Below, piece after piece: positions 28,773 through 38,470 of a stretch of 61,267 nt of DNA (the stretch's first letter is position 1; every line of letters begins with the position of its first letter). The notes under the pieces were generated by a model. That model saw only the letters and a list, made by a program, of their open reading frames with translations. It searched no databases and had not been told where the DNA came from. Position numbers and translations under genes: made by a program. Source of the DNA: an uncultured Candidatus Saccharibacteria bacterium (lineage in GTDB: Bacteria; Patescibacteriota; Minisyncoccia; Phycocordibacterales; CAIZIN01); assembly GCA_964462115.1 (NCBI GenBank), contig CAYWWA010000001.1, positions 25,795 to 87,061 of the forward strand, given 5' to 3'.

Positions 28773-29351
28773 TTATTTATTAAAGAAATAAGTACGTAAG
28801 GTAATATTGAAATTATAGCTATCTTGAGCCAGAGCTTTGTTGCTTTCTTGAGTTAATTTCAAACCCACAATATCTAATAAACGCAAATTATGTTCTAAAA
28901 CTTTCAAAAAGTTCAAAACATTTTGATAACGACCAATCAAACTAAATTCCAATTGATAATCCTTATATCCAACATCAATTGATGAACCACCAGCCGTAGT
29001 TGGAGCTGGAGTGCTAGTTTTGGTGTCATTAAGTTTAATGTTTTTCCAGTCAATACCTTGACCATATTTTCGGAGTAAACTAGATAGTTCCAACAGTAAT
29101 TGAACATTGTCCACCCCATCTGGTAGCGCAACTTGAATCTTATTTAAGAAAGAAGTATTTTTAACAGTTGATAATTGGCGATCAATTCTGGTTTCTAAAG
29201 TATTTTTATCTTGATAGCGAATTAAAACCTCATCGTAAAGCTTGGCTTCTTGTTGTAATTCACCCATTTTGATATATTCCTTATTGATACCATAGAAAAA
29301 AATCACCGCTGAGATACCTATCAATAATAATGGAGTTAAGAAAGATTTCAT
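28773..29351 (-). CDS. PilO-like pilus biogenesis protein (tentative)
   Basis: 192 aa with an N-terminal TM plus coiled coil, positioned in the pilus block. No diagnostic motif. Confidence 0.4.
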   Translation of the reverse strand: MKSFLTPLLLIGISAVIFFYGINKEYIKMGELQQEAKLYDEVLIRYQDKNTLETRIDRQLSTVKNTSFLNKIQVALPDGVDNVQLLLELSSLLRKYGQGIDWKNIKLNDTKTSTPAPTTAGGSSIDVGYKDYQLEFSLIGRYQNVLNFLKVLEHNLRLLDIVGLKLTQESNKALAQDSYNFNITLRTYFFNK

Positions 29352-29354
29352 AAA

Positions 29355-30161
29355 TTATATGGTTGAATTATCATTAGTGCTAGTAGTGGTTTCTGCTGGA
29401 GCAGGATCAGATTGGCCGTTGATGGTGACAGAAGAATCGCCGTCTGGATTAGCAACACTTGAATCATTATTATCTGTATTGACCACTGGCTCAACTGTTT
29501 GAGCTACATTACTATTATTAGAGGAAGTATTCAAAGTACTAACGGAAGAAAAATTAATCCCTAAATTATTAGGACTAATTTTATTAAACAATAATATCTC
29601 CGAACGGACATTAGCGTCTAAATTAAAACCAATAGTTTTATCTTGGTTATCGGTAAATTTGGAAAATACTGGGTTAATCAAAACGGTGTTGGAAGCATTA
29701 TAAAAATTTGATTGTTCAGCAATAGCGGCATAATCGGTTGCATATCCAGTAACAACTAAAGTGCTTGCATTATTATCAGCGTATTTATATTCTAAAGAAG
29801 TAAAGGCTATTTTTTTAGAAGTGCTTTGCTCTAAAAAAGTAAATAAAGGAGAGATAACCAAGTGCTTATTGAAGACGCTATTGAAAGCTTCAACTCGACG
29901 GACAATTTCTGCATTATCCTCATATACAAAACGACCCTGTCGGCTTTGAGCGTTGGCAATATCTATCTTCTTATTGTCTAAAACATTTTCTTGAGTATAA
30001 TTCATCCCCCAAATACCAAAATAGGCCACGACACTTATCAGAAAAATAATAATAGAGACCACTAACAAGAAGTCGGTGTGACTACCACTTTTCCCAGATG
30101 CAGAGGCATAAGAAATGACTGGTTTTTTCGGTATAAAAGATGTGTGGTTCTGAGGATTCAT
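29355..30161 (-). CDS. PilN-like pilus biogenesis protein (tentative)
   Basis: 268 aa with a short cytoplasmic N-terminus, a single TM, and an extracytoplasmic domain with an S/T/N-rich tail. Assignment rests on position only. Confidence 0.35.
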   Translation of the reverse strand: MNPQNHTSFIPKKPVISYASASGKSGSHTDFLLVVSIIIFLISVVAYFGIWGMNYTQENVLDNKKIDIANAQSRQGRFVYEDNAEIVRRVEAFNSVFNKHLVISPLFTFLEQSTSKKIAFTSLEYKYADNNASTLVVTGYATDYAAIAEQSNFYNASNTVLINPVFSKFTDNQDKTIGFNLDANVRSEILLFNKISPNNLGINFSSVSTLNTSSNNSNVAQTVEPVVNTDNNDSSVANPDGDSSVTINGQSDPAPAETTTSTNDNSTI

Positions 30162-30234
30162 TCAACTTAAATTATAACACAATGAGTTTTTTTGCGGTGC
30201 AAATTGTGGAAAAGTCAACTACTAATAATAAATT

Positions 30235-30942
30235 CTATTTTTTCTTGTCTTCAACAATTTTACCATCATCCAATCTGACTAAACGTTTAGCCTGTTTACC
30301 ATATTCCTCTTCGTGAGTAACCATGATAATAGTTTGACCATTTTGATTTAATTCACGAAACATTTTTAAAATTAAAGCTGATGATTCACGATCTAAGTTG
30401 GCGGTTGGCTCATCAGCAAATAAAATTTTAGGATTATGAGCCACGGCTCGGGCGATTGAAACCCGCTGTTGTTCACCGCCCGATAATTGACTAGGAAAAT
30501 TTTTATAGCGATGAGATAAACCAGCACGATCTAAAAAGGCACAAGCTGATCGGTAAGCTTCTTGTTTGCTCTTACCCTGCATCAATAAAGGTAGCGCCAC
30601 ATTTTCTTCCGCAGTTAAATCTGGTAATAAAGCATAATCTTGAAAAACATAACCAAATTCGTTCAAACGAAATTTGGTTTTTTGTTTTTGGGTTAAATTA
30701 TGGACTTCTCGTCCTTCCACAAAAATTTTACCTGAGGTAGCATCATCCAACAAAAAGAGTTGATACAAAAGAGTTGATTTACCAGCTCCACTTCTCCCCA
30801 TAATCGCTACATACTCTCCCCGCTCCACTGAAAAATCTATTCCCTTTAATACCGCTGTCGGCGTGGCACCAGAAAAATATGTCTTGACCAAACTCTCAGT
30901 CAGTAAAACTGGATGTCCTGCTAATGCTTTACCAGCTGTCAT
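30235..30942 (-). CDS. ABC transporter ATP-binding protein (MacB/LolD/FtsE-like)
   Basis: Walker A GRSGAGKST, signature LSGGEQQR, Walker B ILFADEP. TGCTATAAT-N9-ATG supports the start at MTAGKA (30942). Confidence 0.9.
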   Translation of the reverse strand: MTAGKALAGHPVLLTESLVKTYFSGATPTAVLKGIDFSVERGEYVAIMGRSGAGKSTLLYQLFLLDDATSGKIFVEGREVHNLTQKQKTKFRLNEFGYVFQDYALLPDLTAEENVALPLLMQGKSKQEAYRSACAFLDRAGLSHRYKNFPSQLSGGEQQRVSIARAVAHNPKILFADEPTANLDRESSALILKMFRELNQNGQTIIMVTHEEEYGKQAKRLVRLDDGKIVEDKKK

Positions 30943-30976
30943 TATATAATAATTATAGCACAATTTTGTTAAACAC

Positions 30977-31009
30977 AAAAAAAGCCCGAGACATAGCAGT
31001 GTCTCGGGC
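30977..31009 (-). terminator. Rho-independent terminator after the 120-aa gene
   Basis: gcccgagac-actgctat-gtctcgggc stem plus a T7 run on the minus strand. Confidence 0.8.
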
Positions 31010-31026
31010 GAAAGATTTAGGTGCAA

Positions 31027-31389
31027 CTACACCTCAAAGATGTAAGCACCACCATGTGAATCCAAAATTTCTTGTAGTCCTTTATCTTGAACTTTCGGGA
31101 AATTATATAAAATTGACCGATCCTTTGGTGGCAGTTTTTCGATTGACCAGACTCTGAAATTAGCCTTCACCCTCAAGGCTTGGCTAAAAGGGTTTTGGTC
31201 TCGATACTCATAAACGAAATATATCGTAATATACCCTCCGTCCAGTAACCCTTTTGTGCTGAGTTCTTTAATGAATTCAGAATCCGCCAAGGAAATTAGG
31301 TAGCTAGGTCTAGTTGGCCCCCAGAAAGAACCTAAGACCTGGCTCAAAACAGATCTAGGAATGTCGTCAATCATCACGTGGTTTACCAT
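31027..31389 (-). CDS. Hypothetical 120-aa protein (monocistronic orphan)
   Basis: Clean ORF with its own terminator. No motif recognised. Confidence 0.5.
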   Translation of the reverse strand: MVNHVMIDDIPRSVLSQVLGSFWGPTRPSYLISLADSEFIKELSTKGLLDGGYITIYFVYEYRDQNPFSQALRVKANFRVWSIEKLPPKDRSILYNFPKVQDKGLQEILDSHGGAYIFEV

Positions 31390-31546
31390 AATAATAAATC
31401 CTTTTTTTGAGTTTGTAAGAGGTTAAAGAACAAAAAAAGGGTCGTTTTTACAGCACTTCTGTAAACACCCTTATCTATATATTATAGCATATTTTGTATT
31501 TTTTCGCAAGTTGTCTTACAAACACAATTATTGTTATACTATATAA

Positions 31547-32164
31547 ATGAATGGCAATGAAATTTTAGGTAAACTTTTTGGCTCAGATGCCAAAGTAAGA
31601 ATTTTAAAATTATTTATCTTTAACCCCGAAACCCCTTTTGACAAAGAAGAGATTTCTATCCAAGCTAAAGCTAATACTTCTCAAATTCGTCGCGAAGTTG
31701 ATTGCTTTAAAAAGATCGGTTTAGTGGAAGAAGTAATTTTTACTAAAGAATATAATGATAGCCAGAAAAAGAAAGAAATGACTGGCTGGAGATTAAATAG
31801 TAATTTTCAGTTCCTTACCGCCCTGCAACATCTGCTATTATCCATTACTCCCCTTTTAGATAAAGAAATAGTGAGTGTGTTATCACGAGCTGGGCGTTTA
31901 AAATTGGTAGTCATATCAGGAGTGTTTATTCAAAATTTTGAATCACCACTTGACATCCTAATTGTGGGAGACAACTTAAGTAAAACCAAGATTGAAAATA
32001 CGATGAGTTTTTTTGAAGCTGAGATTGGTCGTGAGTTGCGTTATGCTTGTTTTGATACCAAAGATTTTCGTTACCGCTATGAAATGTATGACAAGTTAAT
32101 CCGCAATATTTTAGAATTAGATCACCATATCATTTTTGATAAACTGAATATTGAGAAAAAATAA
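31547..32164 (+). CDS. Putative winged-helix transcriptional regulator
   Basis: 205 aa. The N-terminal KVRILKLFIFNPETPFDKEEISIQAKANTSQIRREVDCFKKIGLVEE looks like a wHTH. TGTTATACT-N6-ATG lies upstream. Confidence 0.5.
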   Translation: MNGNEILGKLFGSDAKVRILKLFIFNPETPFDKEEISIQAKANTSQIRREVDCFKKIGLVEEVIFTKEYNDSQKKKEMTGWRLNSNFQFLTALQHLLLSITPLLDKEIVSVLSRAGRLKLVVISGVFIQNFESPLDILIVGDNLSKTKIENTMSFFEAEIGRELRYACFDTKDFRYRYEMYDKLIRNILELDHHIIFDKLNIEKK

Positions 32165-32180
32165 TTTTTAAATTTAAAAT

Positions 32181-32891
32181 TTAAGTTGTTTTTAGTAGTG
32201 TTCGCAGTTTTCGTATTTCTGTTTTTTGTTTGATGCTCATACGGAAGCTCTCCAGCATTTTTTGATAAGCTTTGTTTTTGACCCAAAAAACATAATCTTT
32301 ACGTTGCAGCTCTTTAAGAGTAGGTTCATAAAATTTTACCGCAGCTGTCGCAAACAACCAAGCTGTCGCCATTTGCACATAATAATCTTCTGATTTAATT
32401 TTACGCAAACAAATAAAAATTTTAGTTAAATATTTTTGATTAAGAAAATTACTCATCATAAAAATGATACCAAAGCGACAGACAAATTCTTGTGAGCTTT
32501 GACAACATACTGCACAAAAATTCCACCATAATTTTTCATCAAATTTATTCCAAGCGGAACAGACACTATCAATAAAAGCCCAGCTGTCAACATCTTGAAG
32601 ATAGATTTTTATTAGTTTTATTTTTTCCTCATCAGATAATTCAAGAAACTTTATCGCTAAACCAAATAGAAAAACTTCTTCATAAATATTTTTATCAATT
32701 GTCTGCCAAAATTGTTTCATTTCCACGAAGCTTGCTTTTTTAAGCTCCTTAGCTATTTTGCGGATTGGTGGAACTTGAACTCCCATAATTTTCTTTTTTG
32801 TATTGATAATTCTTTTACAAAAAAAGGCATATTCTTCATTACCGAAGGATAATTGTTTTAGTCTGTCACGAATTTCTTCTATATTGACCAT
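32181..32891 (-). CDS. DNA alkylation repair protein (AlkD-like HEAT-repeat family)
   Basis: Helical repeat protein with VPPIRKIAKELKK, and W/F-rich repeats typical of the DNA_alkylation family. I chose the start at MVNIEEI (32891). Confidence 0.65.
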   Translation of the reverse strand: MVNIEEIRDRLKQLSFGNEEYAFFCKRIINTKKKIMGVQVPPIRKIAKELKKASFVEMKQFWQTIDKNIYEEVFLFGLAIKFLELSDEEKIKLIKIYLQDVDSWAFIDSVCSAWNKFDEKLWWNFCAVCCQSSQEFVCRFGIIFMMSNFLNQKYLTKIFICLRKIKSEDYYVQMATAWLFATAAVKFYEPTLKELQRKDYVFWVKNKAYQKMLESFRMSIKQKTEIRKLRTLLKTT

Positions 32892-32965
32892 AGAATATAT
32901 GATATACATTTTGAAACAGTTTTCAAATTTAAATTTAGTTAAATTTTCTAAAATAGAAATACAAT

Positions 32966-32990
32966 AAAAAAGACGATAGTTTCCTATCGC
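32966..32990 (-). terminator. Rho-independent terminator of the hydrolase gene
   Basis: gcgatag-gaaa-ctatcgt hairpin plus a T-run on the minus strand. Confidence 0.6.
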
Positions 32991-32997
32991 CTTACCG

Positions 32998-33630
32998 TCA
33001 ACTGAAGCTTCCTCTATCAAGGAAGTTTTTCGTCGCCGTTATCACCACCTCATCCTCCAGCATGGAGAAATGATGGGATTTGACCAGTAAATAGTCATTT
33101 GCCCTTACCGCAAACGCACTATCGACTGACACTCGTCCATCATTCTTCTTGGGAAGAACAAGGTAGTGAAAAAATAAATCTATAAACTGGCTGCCAGTGC
33201 CAGCAATCGCGCCAACCTCAATCTCCCGAGGGAGTTGAGGGTGGCCAAAATTCAACACCAGCTGCTGGCCAGCCACCCCATACAGCTTTTTGTAGATGGG
33301 GCGGAGGAAGGGTGTTCGCAACACGAAGTTGGCTACCCGGCTCCCAAAGTTGGGAACCCCGAGCAATACCGCGCGAGCAATCTTTACCTCAGGATGCTGT
33401 TTCAACATCCACTTGAGTAGTAGCCCACCCATCGAGTGAACTACTACTCCGTAAATATCATTACCAGCAAATACCTTTTTATATAAATCATCGGCCATCT
33501 CTTGTATGGTGGTCGATGTGCTGTCGTAGTTATAATTTACGACAGTGTATTTATCAGACAGCCCGTTTGCAACAGGCTGCATCATATCGGAATTACAACG
33601 AATTCCGTGTATAACTACAACCTTTTTCAC
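32998..33630 (-). CDS. Alpha/beta-hydrolase (lipase/esterase-like)
   Basis: 210 aa with the nucleophile elbow VVHSMGG (GxSxG). GTG start preceded by a purine-rich SD-like tract. Visibly GC-richer than its neighbours. Confidence 0.75.
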   Translation of the reverse strand: MKKVVVIHGIRCNSDMMQPVANGLSDKYTVVNYNYDSTSTTIQEMADDLYKKVFAGNDIYGVVVHSMGGLLLKWMLKQHPEVKIARAVLLGVPNFGSRVANFVLRTPFLRPIYKKLYGVAGQQLVLNFGHPQLPREIEVGAIAGTGSQFIDLFFHYLVLPKKNDGRVSVDSAFAVRANDYLLVKSHHFSMLEDEVVITATKNFLDRGSFS

Positions 33631-33834
33631 GGGCTTTTCCCTTTCCTTTTCTTTCTTTTTTGTTAAGGAACAACTCCTTACATTATATCATATTTAGCCT
33701 AAAAAGTCAACTAAATCCTTATTTTATCCTAATTTTACTACTTTTTTAGAAAAAACCGATTAAAAGCTACACACGGGGGAAAAACCAATATATAACAACT
33801 TTATTTCCATTAAATTTTATGTTAATATAGGCCA

Positions 33835-36114
33835 ATGAATAAAGACCATAGCGCCCTTGCTGCGCAATCGTCTGCAGACAAAGCAGACCAAACTGGTGGT
33901 ATTCCAGCTAAACTTTTATCCCCCTACAACCCACAAGAGACCGAGGCTCGCATTTATAAAATGTGGGAAGAGAGTGGCTTATTTAATCCCGACAACACCC
34001 CTAACACTTCGGGTCAAAATTATTGTATGATTATGCCGCCACCCAATGCCACTGGAACTTTACATGTGGGACACGCTATGGGAATCTCCATCTCTGATGC
34101 TTTAATTCGTTATCATCGGATGCGAGGAGATAAAACTTTATGGTTACCTGGCACCGATCACGCCGCTATCGCAACTCAAAGTAAGGTGGAAAAAATTATC
34201 AAAAAAGAAGAAAATAAAACTCGCCACGATTTAGGACGAGCAGAATTATTAAAGAGAATCGGTGACTTTGTCAAAAATTCTCAGGATTCAATTATTGCTC
34301 AAACCAAAACTATGGGGGCTTCGTGTGATTGGTCACGCCTGGCTTTTACCCTGGACGAGGCACGAAATTTAGCAGTGCGCACTACTTTTAAAAAAATGTA
34401 TGACGATGGAATTATCTATCGCGGGCATCGTATTGTTAATTGGGATCCTAAAGGTCAAACCACAATTTCGGATGATGAAATTGTTTACGAGGAACGCAAA
34501 GCTAAATTTTACACCTTTAAATATTCAGCCGACTTCCCTATTGCTATTTCTACCACTCGTCCTGAAACTAAAGTTGGAGATACGGCGGTCGCGGTTAATC
34601 CAGATGATGAACGTTACAAAGAATTTGTAGGTAAGGAATATGATCTGGAGTTTTGTGGAGTAAAATTACATATAAAAATTATCGCTGATAAAGAAGTAGA
34701 TAAAGATTTTGGCACTGGCGCGCTTGGCGTGACCCCAGCTCATTCCATGATTGACTGGCAAATGGCCGAACGGCACAATTTACCAAAGGTTCAAGTAATC
34801 GATGAATATGCCAAAATGACTGTAGCGGGAAATTTGAATGGAAAAAAGGTAGCGGAAGCCCGAGAGAATATTGTGGAGTGGCTCCGCATGCAAAACTTGT
34901 TAATCAAAGAAGAAGAGATTTCGCAAAATGTTTCTACTGCTGAACGCACCGGTGGAATTATTGAGCCCTTACCTAAACTCCAGTGGTTTATTGATGTGAA
35001 TCGTAAATTTATTTTACCCCAATCAAAAATTGATGGCGTCCGTGATGGTGAAGAAGTTTCCTTAAAACAACTAATGTTGCAGGTGGTAGATAACGGTCAG
35101 ATTAAAATTGAACCAGACTATTCAGCCACAGTTTATAAAAATTGGATTAGTAATTTACAAGACTGGTGTATCTCACGACAGATTTGGTATGGACACCAAA
35201 TTCCAGTTTGGTATAAAGGTGATGAAATTTACTGTGGAGTTGAAGCGCCAGTCGGCACTGATTGGATACAAGATGAAGATACTTTAGACACTTGGTTTTC
35301 ATCGGGGCTATGGACTTTTTCTACTTTAGGTTGGCCCAAGGTAGAAGCAAAAGATTTAATAGATTTTCACCCAACAGATTTGATGGAAACCGGTCGGGAT
35401 CTAATTTTCTTTTGGGTAGCTCGCATGATTTTAATGACCACTTACTGCCTTGGTGATATCCCTTTCCAGCAAGTTTATATGCACGGCATGGTGCGCGATG
35501 GCAAGGGTAGAAAAATGAGCAAATCACTCGGTAACGGAATTGATCTAATTGATGTAGCGGAAAAATTTGGGGCTGACGCTGGACGTATGGCTTTAATGGT
35601 GGGAGCGACACCTGGCATTGATACTAATATTTCGGAAGATAAAATTAAAGGTTATAAACATTTTGCGAACAAGCTCTGGAACATTTCCCGCTTTGTCTTG
35701 GAAACAGTTAAAGATGAGAAATATGACCAAACTTTTTCCGACTGGACAGAGACTGACTTGAAATTAATCGCCGCACGAGACGAAGAAGTTAAAAAAATAA
35801 CCGAAGAATTAGATAATCTAAAAATCCATATCGCCAGTGACAGATTTTATCAATATACTTGGAAAATTTTTGCTGATCAAATTATTGAACAATCCAAAGA
35901 AATTTTGGGTGGTTATAAAACTGAAGCCAAAGGAACAACAGAAGAACAAAAATCTCGCAAACAATTTTTACTTCACACTCTCCGCACCATTTTAATTTGT
36001 TTGCATCCTTTCATTCCTTTCGTAACAGAAGAAATTTGGCAAAATATTCCTCAATTCAAAACAGCTGGACGAGATTTTTTGATGGTGGAAAAATGGTTAG
36101 CTGGAAAAAACTAA
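33835..36114 (+). CDS. valS: Valyl-tRNA synthetase (compact, without the long C-terminal coiled coil)
   Basis: PPPNATGTLHVGHA (HIGH) and KMSKSLGN (KMSKS) motifs with a CP1 editing insert. TGTTAATAT-N6-ATG lies upstream. Confidence 0.95.
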   Translation: MNKDHSALAAQSSADKADQTGGIPAKLLSPYNPQETEARIYKMWEESGLFNPDNTPNTSGQNYCMIMPPPNATGTLHVGHAMGISISDALIRYHRMRGDKTLWLPGTDHAAIATQSKVEKIIKKEENKTRHDLGRAELLKRIGDFVKNSQDSIIAQTKTMGASCDWSRLAFTLDEARNLAVRTTFKKMYDDGIIYRGHRIVNWDPKGQTTISDDEIVYEERKAKFYTFKYSADFPIAISTTRPETKVGDTAVAVNPDDERYKEFVGKEYDLEFCGVKLHIKIIADKEVDKDFGTGALGVTPAHSMIDWQMAERHNLPKVQVIDEYAKMTVAGNLNGKKVAEARENIVEWLRMQNLLIKEEEISQNVSTAERTGGIIEPLPKLQWFIDVNRKFILPQSKIDGVRDGEEVSLKQLMLQVVDNGQIKIEPDYSATVYKNWISNLQDWCISRQIWYGHQIPVWYKGDEIYCGVEAPVGTDWIQDEDTLDTWFSSGLWTFSTLGWPKVEAKDLIDFHPTDLMETGRDLIFFWVARMILMTTYCLGDIPFQQVYMHGMVRDGKGRKMSKSLGNGIDLIDVAEKFGADAGRMALMVGATPGIDTNISEDKIKGYKHFANKLWNISRFVLETVKDEKYDQTFSDWTETDLKLIAARDEEVKKITEELDNLKIHIASDRFYQYTWKIFADQIIEQSKEILGGYKTEAKGTTEEQKSRKQFLLHTLRTILICLHPFIPFVTEEIWQNIPQFKTAGRDFLMVEKWLAGKN

Positions 36115-36118
36115 CATA

Positions 36119-36658
36119 TTATTTAAGAGATACAAATTCCGCACACCTTAAGGTGTTATCTAATGAGTCTCCTAAGTAATAATCAATAACAGCTTGCTGA
36201 TTTGCAAAATCTGGTCGAAATACAAAGCTGAAATCATTAGCTATATAACCTGTTGTGTTGTTATATCTATTACTTAAAACCAACGTCTGATCACGACTTT
36301 CATTAAACGAAATATTAACGATACTACCATCTATTTCACCATCTAAAATATCTATCACACTATAATAAGTTTTAATTCTCGTGCCATCGATACAAAGATA
36401 AAAATGGTAACTGTTTTTGGTGTCAGTTTTATGTTTGCTTACCCAATCACGAAATTCGTTATATTCCTTATTAGATAAATTAGCAAATAAATAAGGTAAA
36501 GGATTAGGTATTTTATTTGTTGTTTCTTCAACAATCACAACCATTTCGGGCAGAATAACAACCGCTTCTTGATTTTTATTTTTTGAAGAAAAGATAAGAA
36601 TAATGATACTTAAAATAAGTAAAATTGTTATTAAAATAATAAGTATCTTTTTCATCAT
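36119..36658 (-). CDS. Hypothetical TM-anchored protein (last gene of the envelope operon)
   Basis: 179 aa with N-terminal TM KILIILITILLILSIIILIF. It lies 17 nt after the preceding gene. Confidence 0.55.
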   Translation of the reverse strand: MMKKILIILITILLILSIIILIFSSKNKNQEAVVILPEMVVIVEETTNKIPNPLPYLFANLSNKEYNEFRDWVSKHKTDTKNSYHFYLCIDGTRIKTYYSVIDILDGEIDGSIVNISFNESRDQTLVLSNRYNNTTGYIANDFSFVFRPDFANQQAVIDYYLGDSLDNTLRCAEFVSLK

Positions 36659-36675
36659 TTTTAAATTTTAAACTA

Positions 36676-37995
36676 TTACCATCTAAAATTATTACCACAA
36701 TACGGTGACCACCAATTCCCTGTTGTCAGATAACCATCTGAATATAGATCCCACGGTTTATCATCTATACATGCACCAAAAGTAGAATTATCGTATAAGC
36801 ACATAGCATTACCACACCCATAATTCAACTGTGCACGGGTGCAAGCCGCATAAAGATTATCTGTTGTAGTAATAGTCTCGGCAAGATATTGATATCTTTG
36901 GTTTTTTACAGGACTTTCTGGAACAGCAAAACTTCTTCCGATCAAACCAGTTATAGGGCTGTAAAAAGCAGTATTGCTGTATGGAACTATTCCCACACCC
37001 ACACGCCAATCACCCCATTGAGCAGGACGCCAATCGTCAAAGACATCTTTAAAATCAACTTCCACTAACATAGTTGGCCACCAACCACTTGGTCCATTAT
37101 AACTAACCGCATCAAAAACATTATTTAACATGACCTGACGAGAATTATCATTATATATACGTAAAAGTTTTACCATTGGAGTACTACGATTAAAAATTAA
37201 GTTATTAAGTGCCGCATAATCATTGCATAGTTCTTTATATTCTTCAAAAGAATTAATGGGGGAAGAAATCTTAAACCTAAATGTTGGTTCATATTGACCA
37301 AACTCACCACTGCTTTCACATCTGTCATCTACTATACTAATTTTAGATGAAAACGGACAAACTGGCACACAATAGTTCTGATTCCACTCCTCTCCGTTTA
37401 TATACCATTCTTCATTTTCAACTTTATAACTATTGCCACTATACAACCCACTACCATCTCTCATATCCCTAACAAGCAAAATAGAAATCGTCTTTGGATC
37501 GTCCTTAGCCACCAGAATTTGCCCTTCTGGACAATCTCTTTCGGAATTCAAAAATTCTCTAATTCTATCTGTTTCTACACAACTTCCACCATCACTATCG
37601 CAAAGTTTTTCAGCGCCAATATTGCCATCAACCTTCAGAGACAAAATATCATTTTTAGTGTTATCAAACAAAGCAAATTTTTCTTCATCCGTTTTGCTAT
37701 CTATCTTTCCAACATAAACCCTTTGCACGATATCATTTTTTTGCGCATCCGAAATAAACCCATCAACTAAAACTTTATTTAAAATCGCCACGTTACCCAC
37801 TTTAAGCGAAAAATAAGTATCTAAAGGAGTCAGATTGATTGTGCCTATTTTTTTCTGAGTAAGTAAAGAATTATTCAGTGGCACATGTCTTGTTCCATCA
37901 AGATCATAGCTATCTGCTAAGATATCGGTTGAATCAACAAACAAAACGACAACCGCTATCAATATTAAAGATATTCTAAAATAAGGGCTAGGCAT
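36676..37995 (-). CDS. Secreted Cys-rich hypothetical protein carrying the GNIGAEKLCDSDGGSC motif
   Basis: 439 aa with a signal/TM (ISLILIAVVVLFV) and many Cys and Trp residues in the C-terminal half. Its N-terminal module is paralogous to the 38001-38420 product. Confidence 0.65.
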   Translation of the reverse strand: MPSPYFRISLILIAVVVLFVDSTDILADSYDLDGTRHVPLNNSLLTQKKIGTINLTPLDTYFSLKVGNVAILNKVLVDGFISDAQKNDIVQRVYVGKIDSKTDEEKFALFDNTKNDILSLKVDGNIGAEKLCDSDGGSCVETDRIREFLNSERDCPEGQILVAKDDPKTISILLVRDMRDGSGLYSGNSYKVENEEWYINGEEWNQNYCVPVCPFSSKISIVDDRCESSGEFGQYEPTFRFKISSPINSFEEYKELCNDYAALNNLIFNRSTPMVKLLRIYNDNSRQVMLNNVFDAVSYNGPSGWWPTMLVEVDFKDVFDDWRPAQWGDWRVGVGIVPYSNTAFYSPITGLIGRSFAVPESPVKNQRYQYLAETITTTDNLYAACTRAQLNYGCGNAMCLYDNSTFGACIDDKPWDLYSDGYLTTGNWWSPYCGNNFRW

Positions 37996-38000
37996 AATAA

Positions 38001-38420
38001 TTATTTACAAGATTCTATGGCTTGATATATTTCTTGAGCGGAAAAACAATTTTTTCCCGAACTATCACAAAACTTCTCGGCTCCAATATTTCCGCCGATA
38101 CCAGCCTCATCTTTGACACCGACTCGCAAAGTCTCCGTATCGCCATTATTAGATTGAGGTAGGGTGTGATTAGGATAATTACCGATTATCAATGTGTCAG
38201 CTACTAGTTTATTAAAACTAGACAAACCATTTACGTTTAGATCAGAGCCAATGATCAAAGCGCCCTGTTTGGTTTGCGTGTCTCCGCTAATATTTATCGG
38301 TGGATAAATATTATTATCAGCCCAAACAAATTCCACGACCAAAATTGATAATAAACAAAGATTGATAAAGGAAGAAAAAATAAAGAAATTTTTCCAACTA
38401 GAATTAGATATATAACTCAT
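38001..38420 (-). CDS. Small secreted hypothetical protein carrying the GNIGAEKFCDSSGKNC motif
   Basis: About 139 aa with a signal/TM. A TATAAT-N7-ATG arrangement favours the start at MSYISNS (38420) over 38429. Confidence 0.6.
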   Translation of the reverse strand: MSYISNSSWKNFFIFSSFINLCLLSILVVEFVWADNNIYPPINISGDTQTKQGALIIGSDLNVNGLSSFNKLVADTLIIGNYPNHTLPQSNNGDTETLRVGVKDEAGIGGNIGAEKFCDSSGKNCFSAQEIYQAIESCK

Positions 38421-38470
38421 ATACACCATTATAATAATTTATTTGATCTCTGTCCAAAAAAATGGTATAA

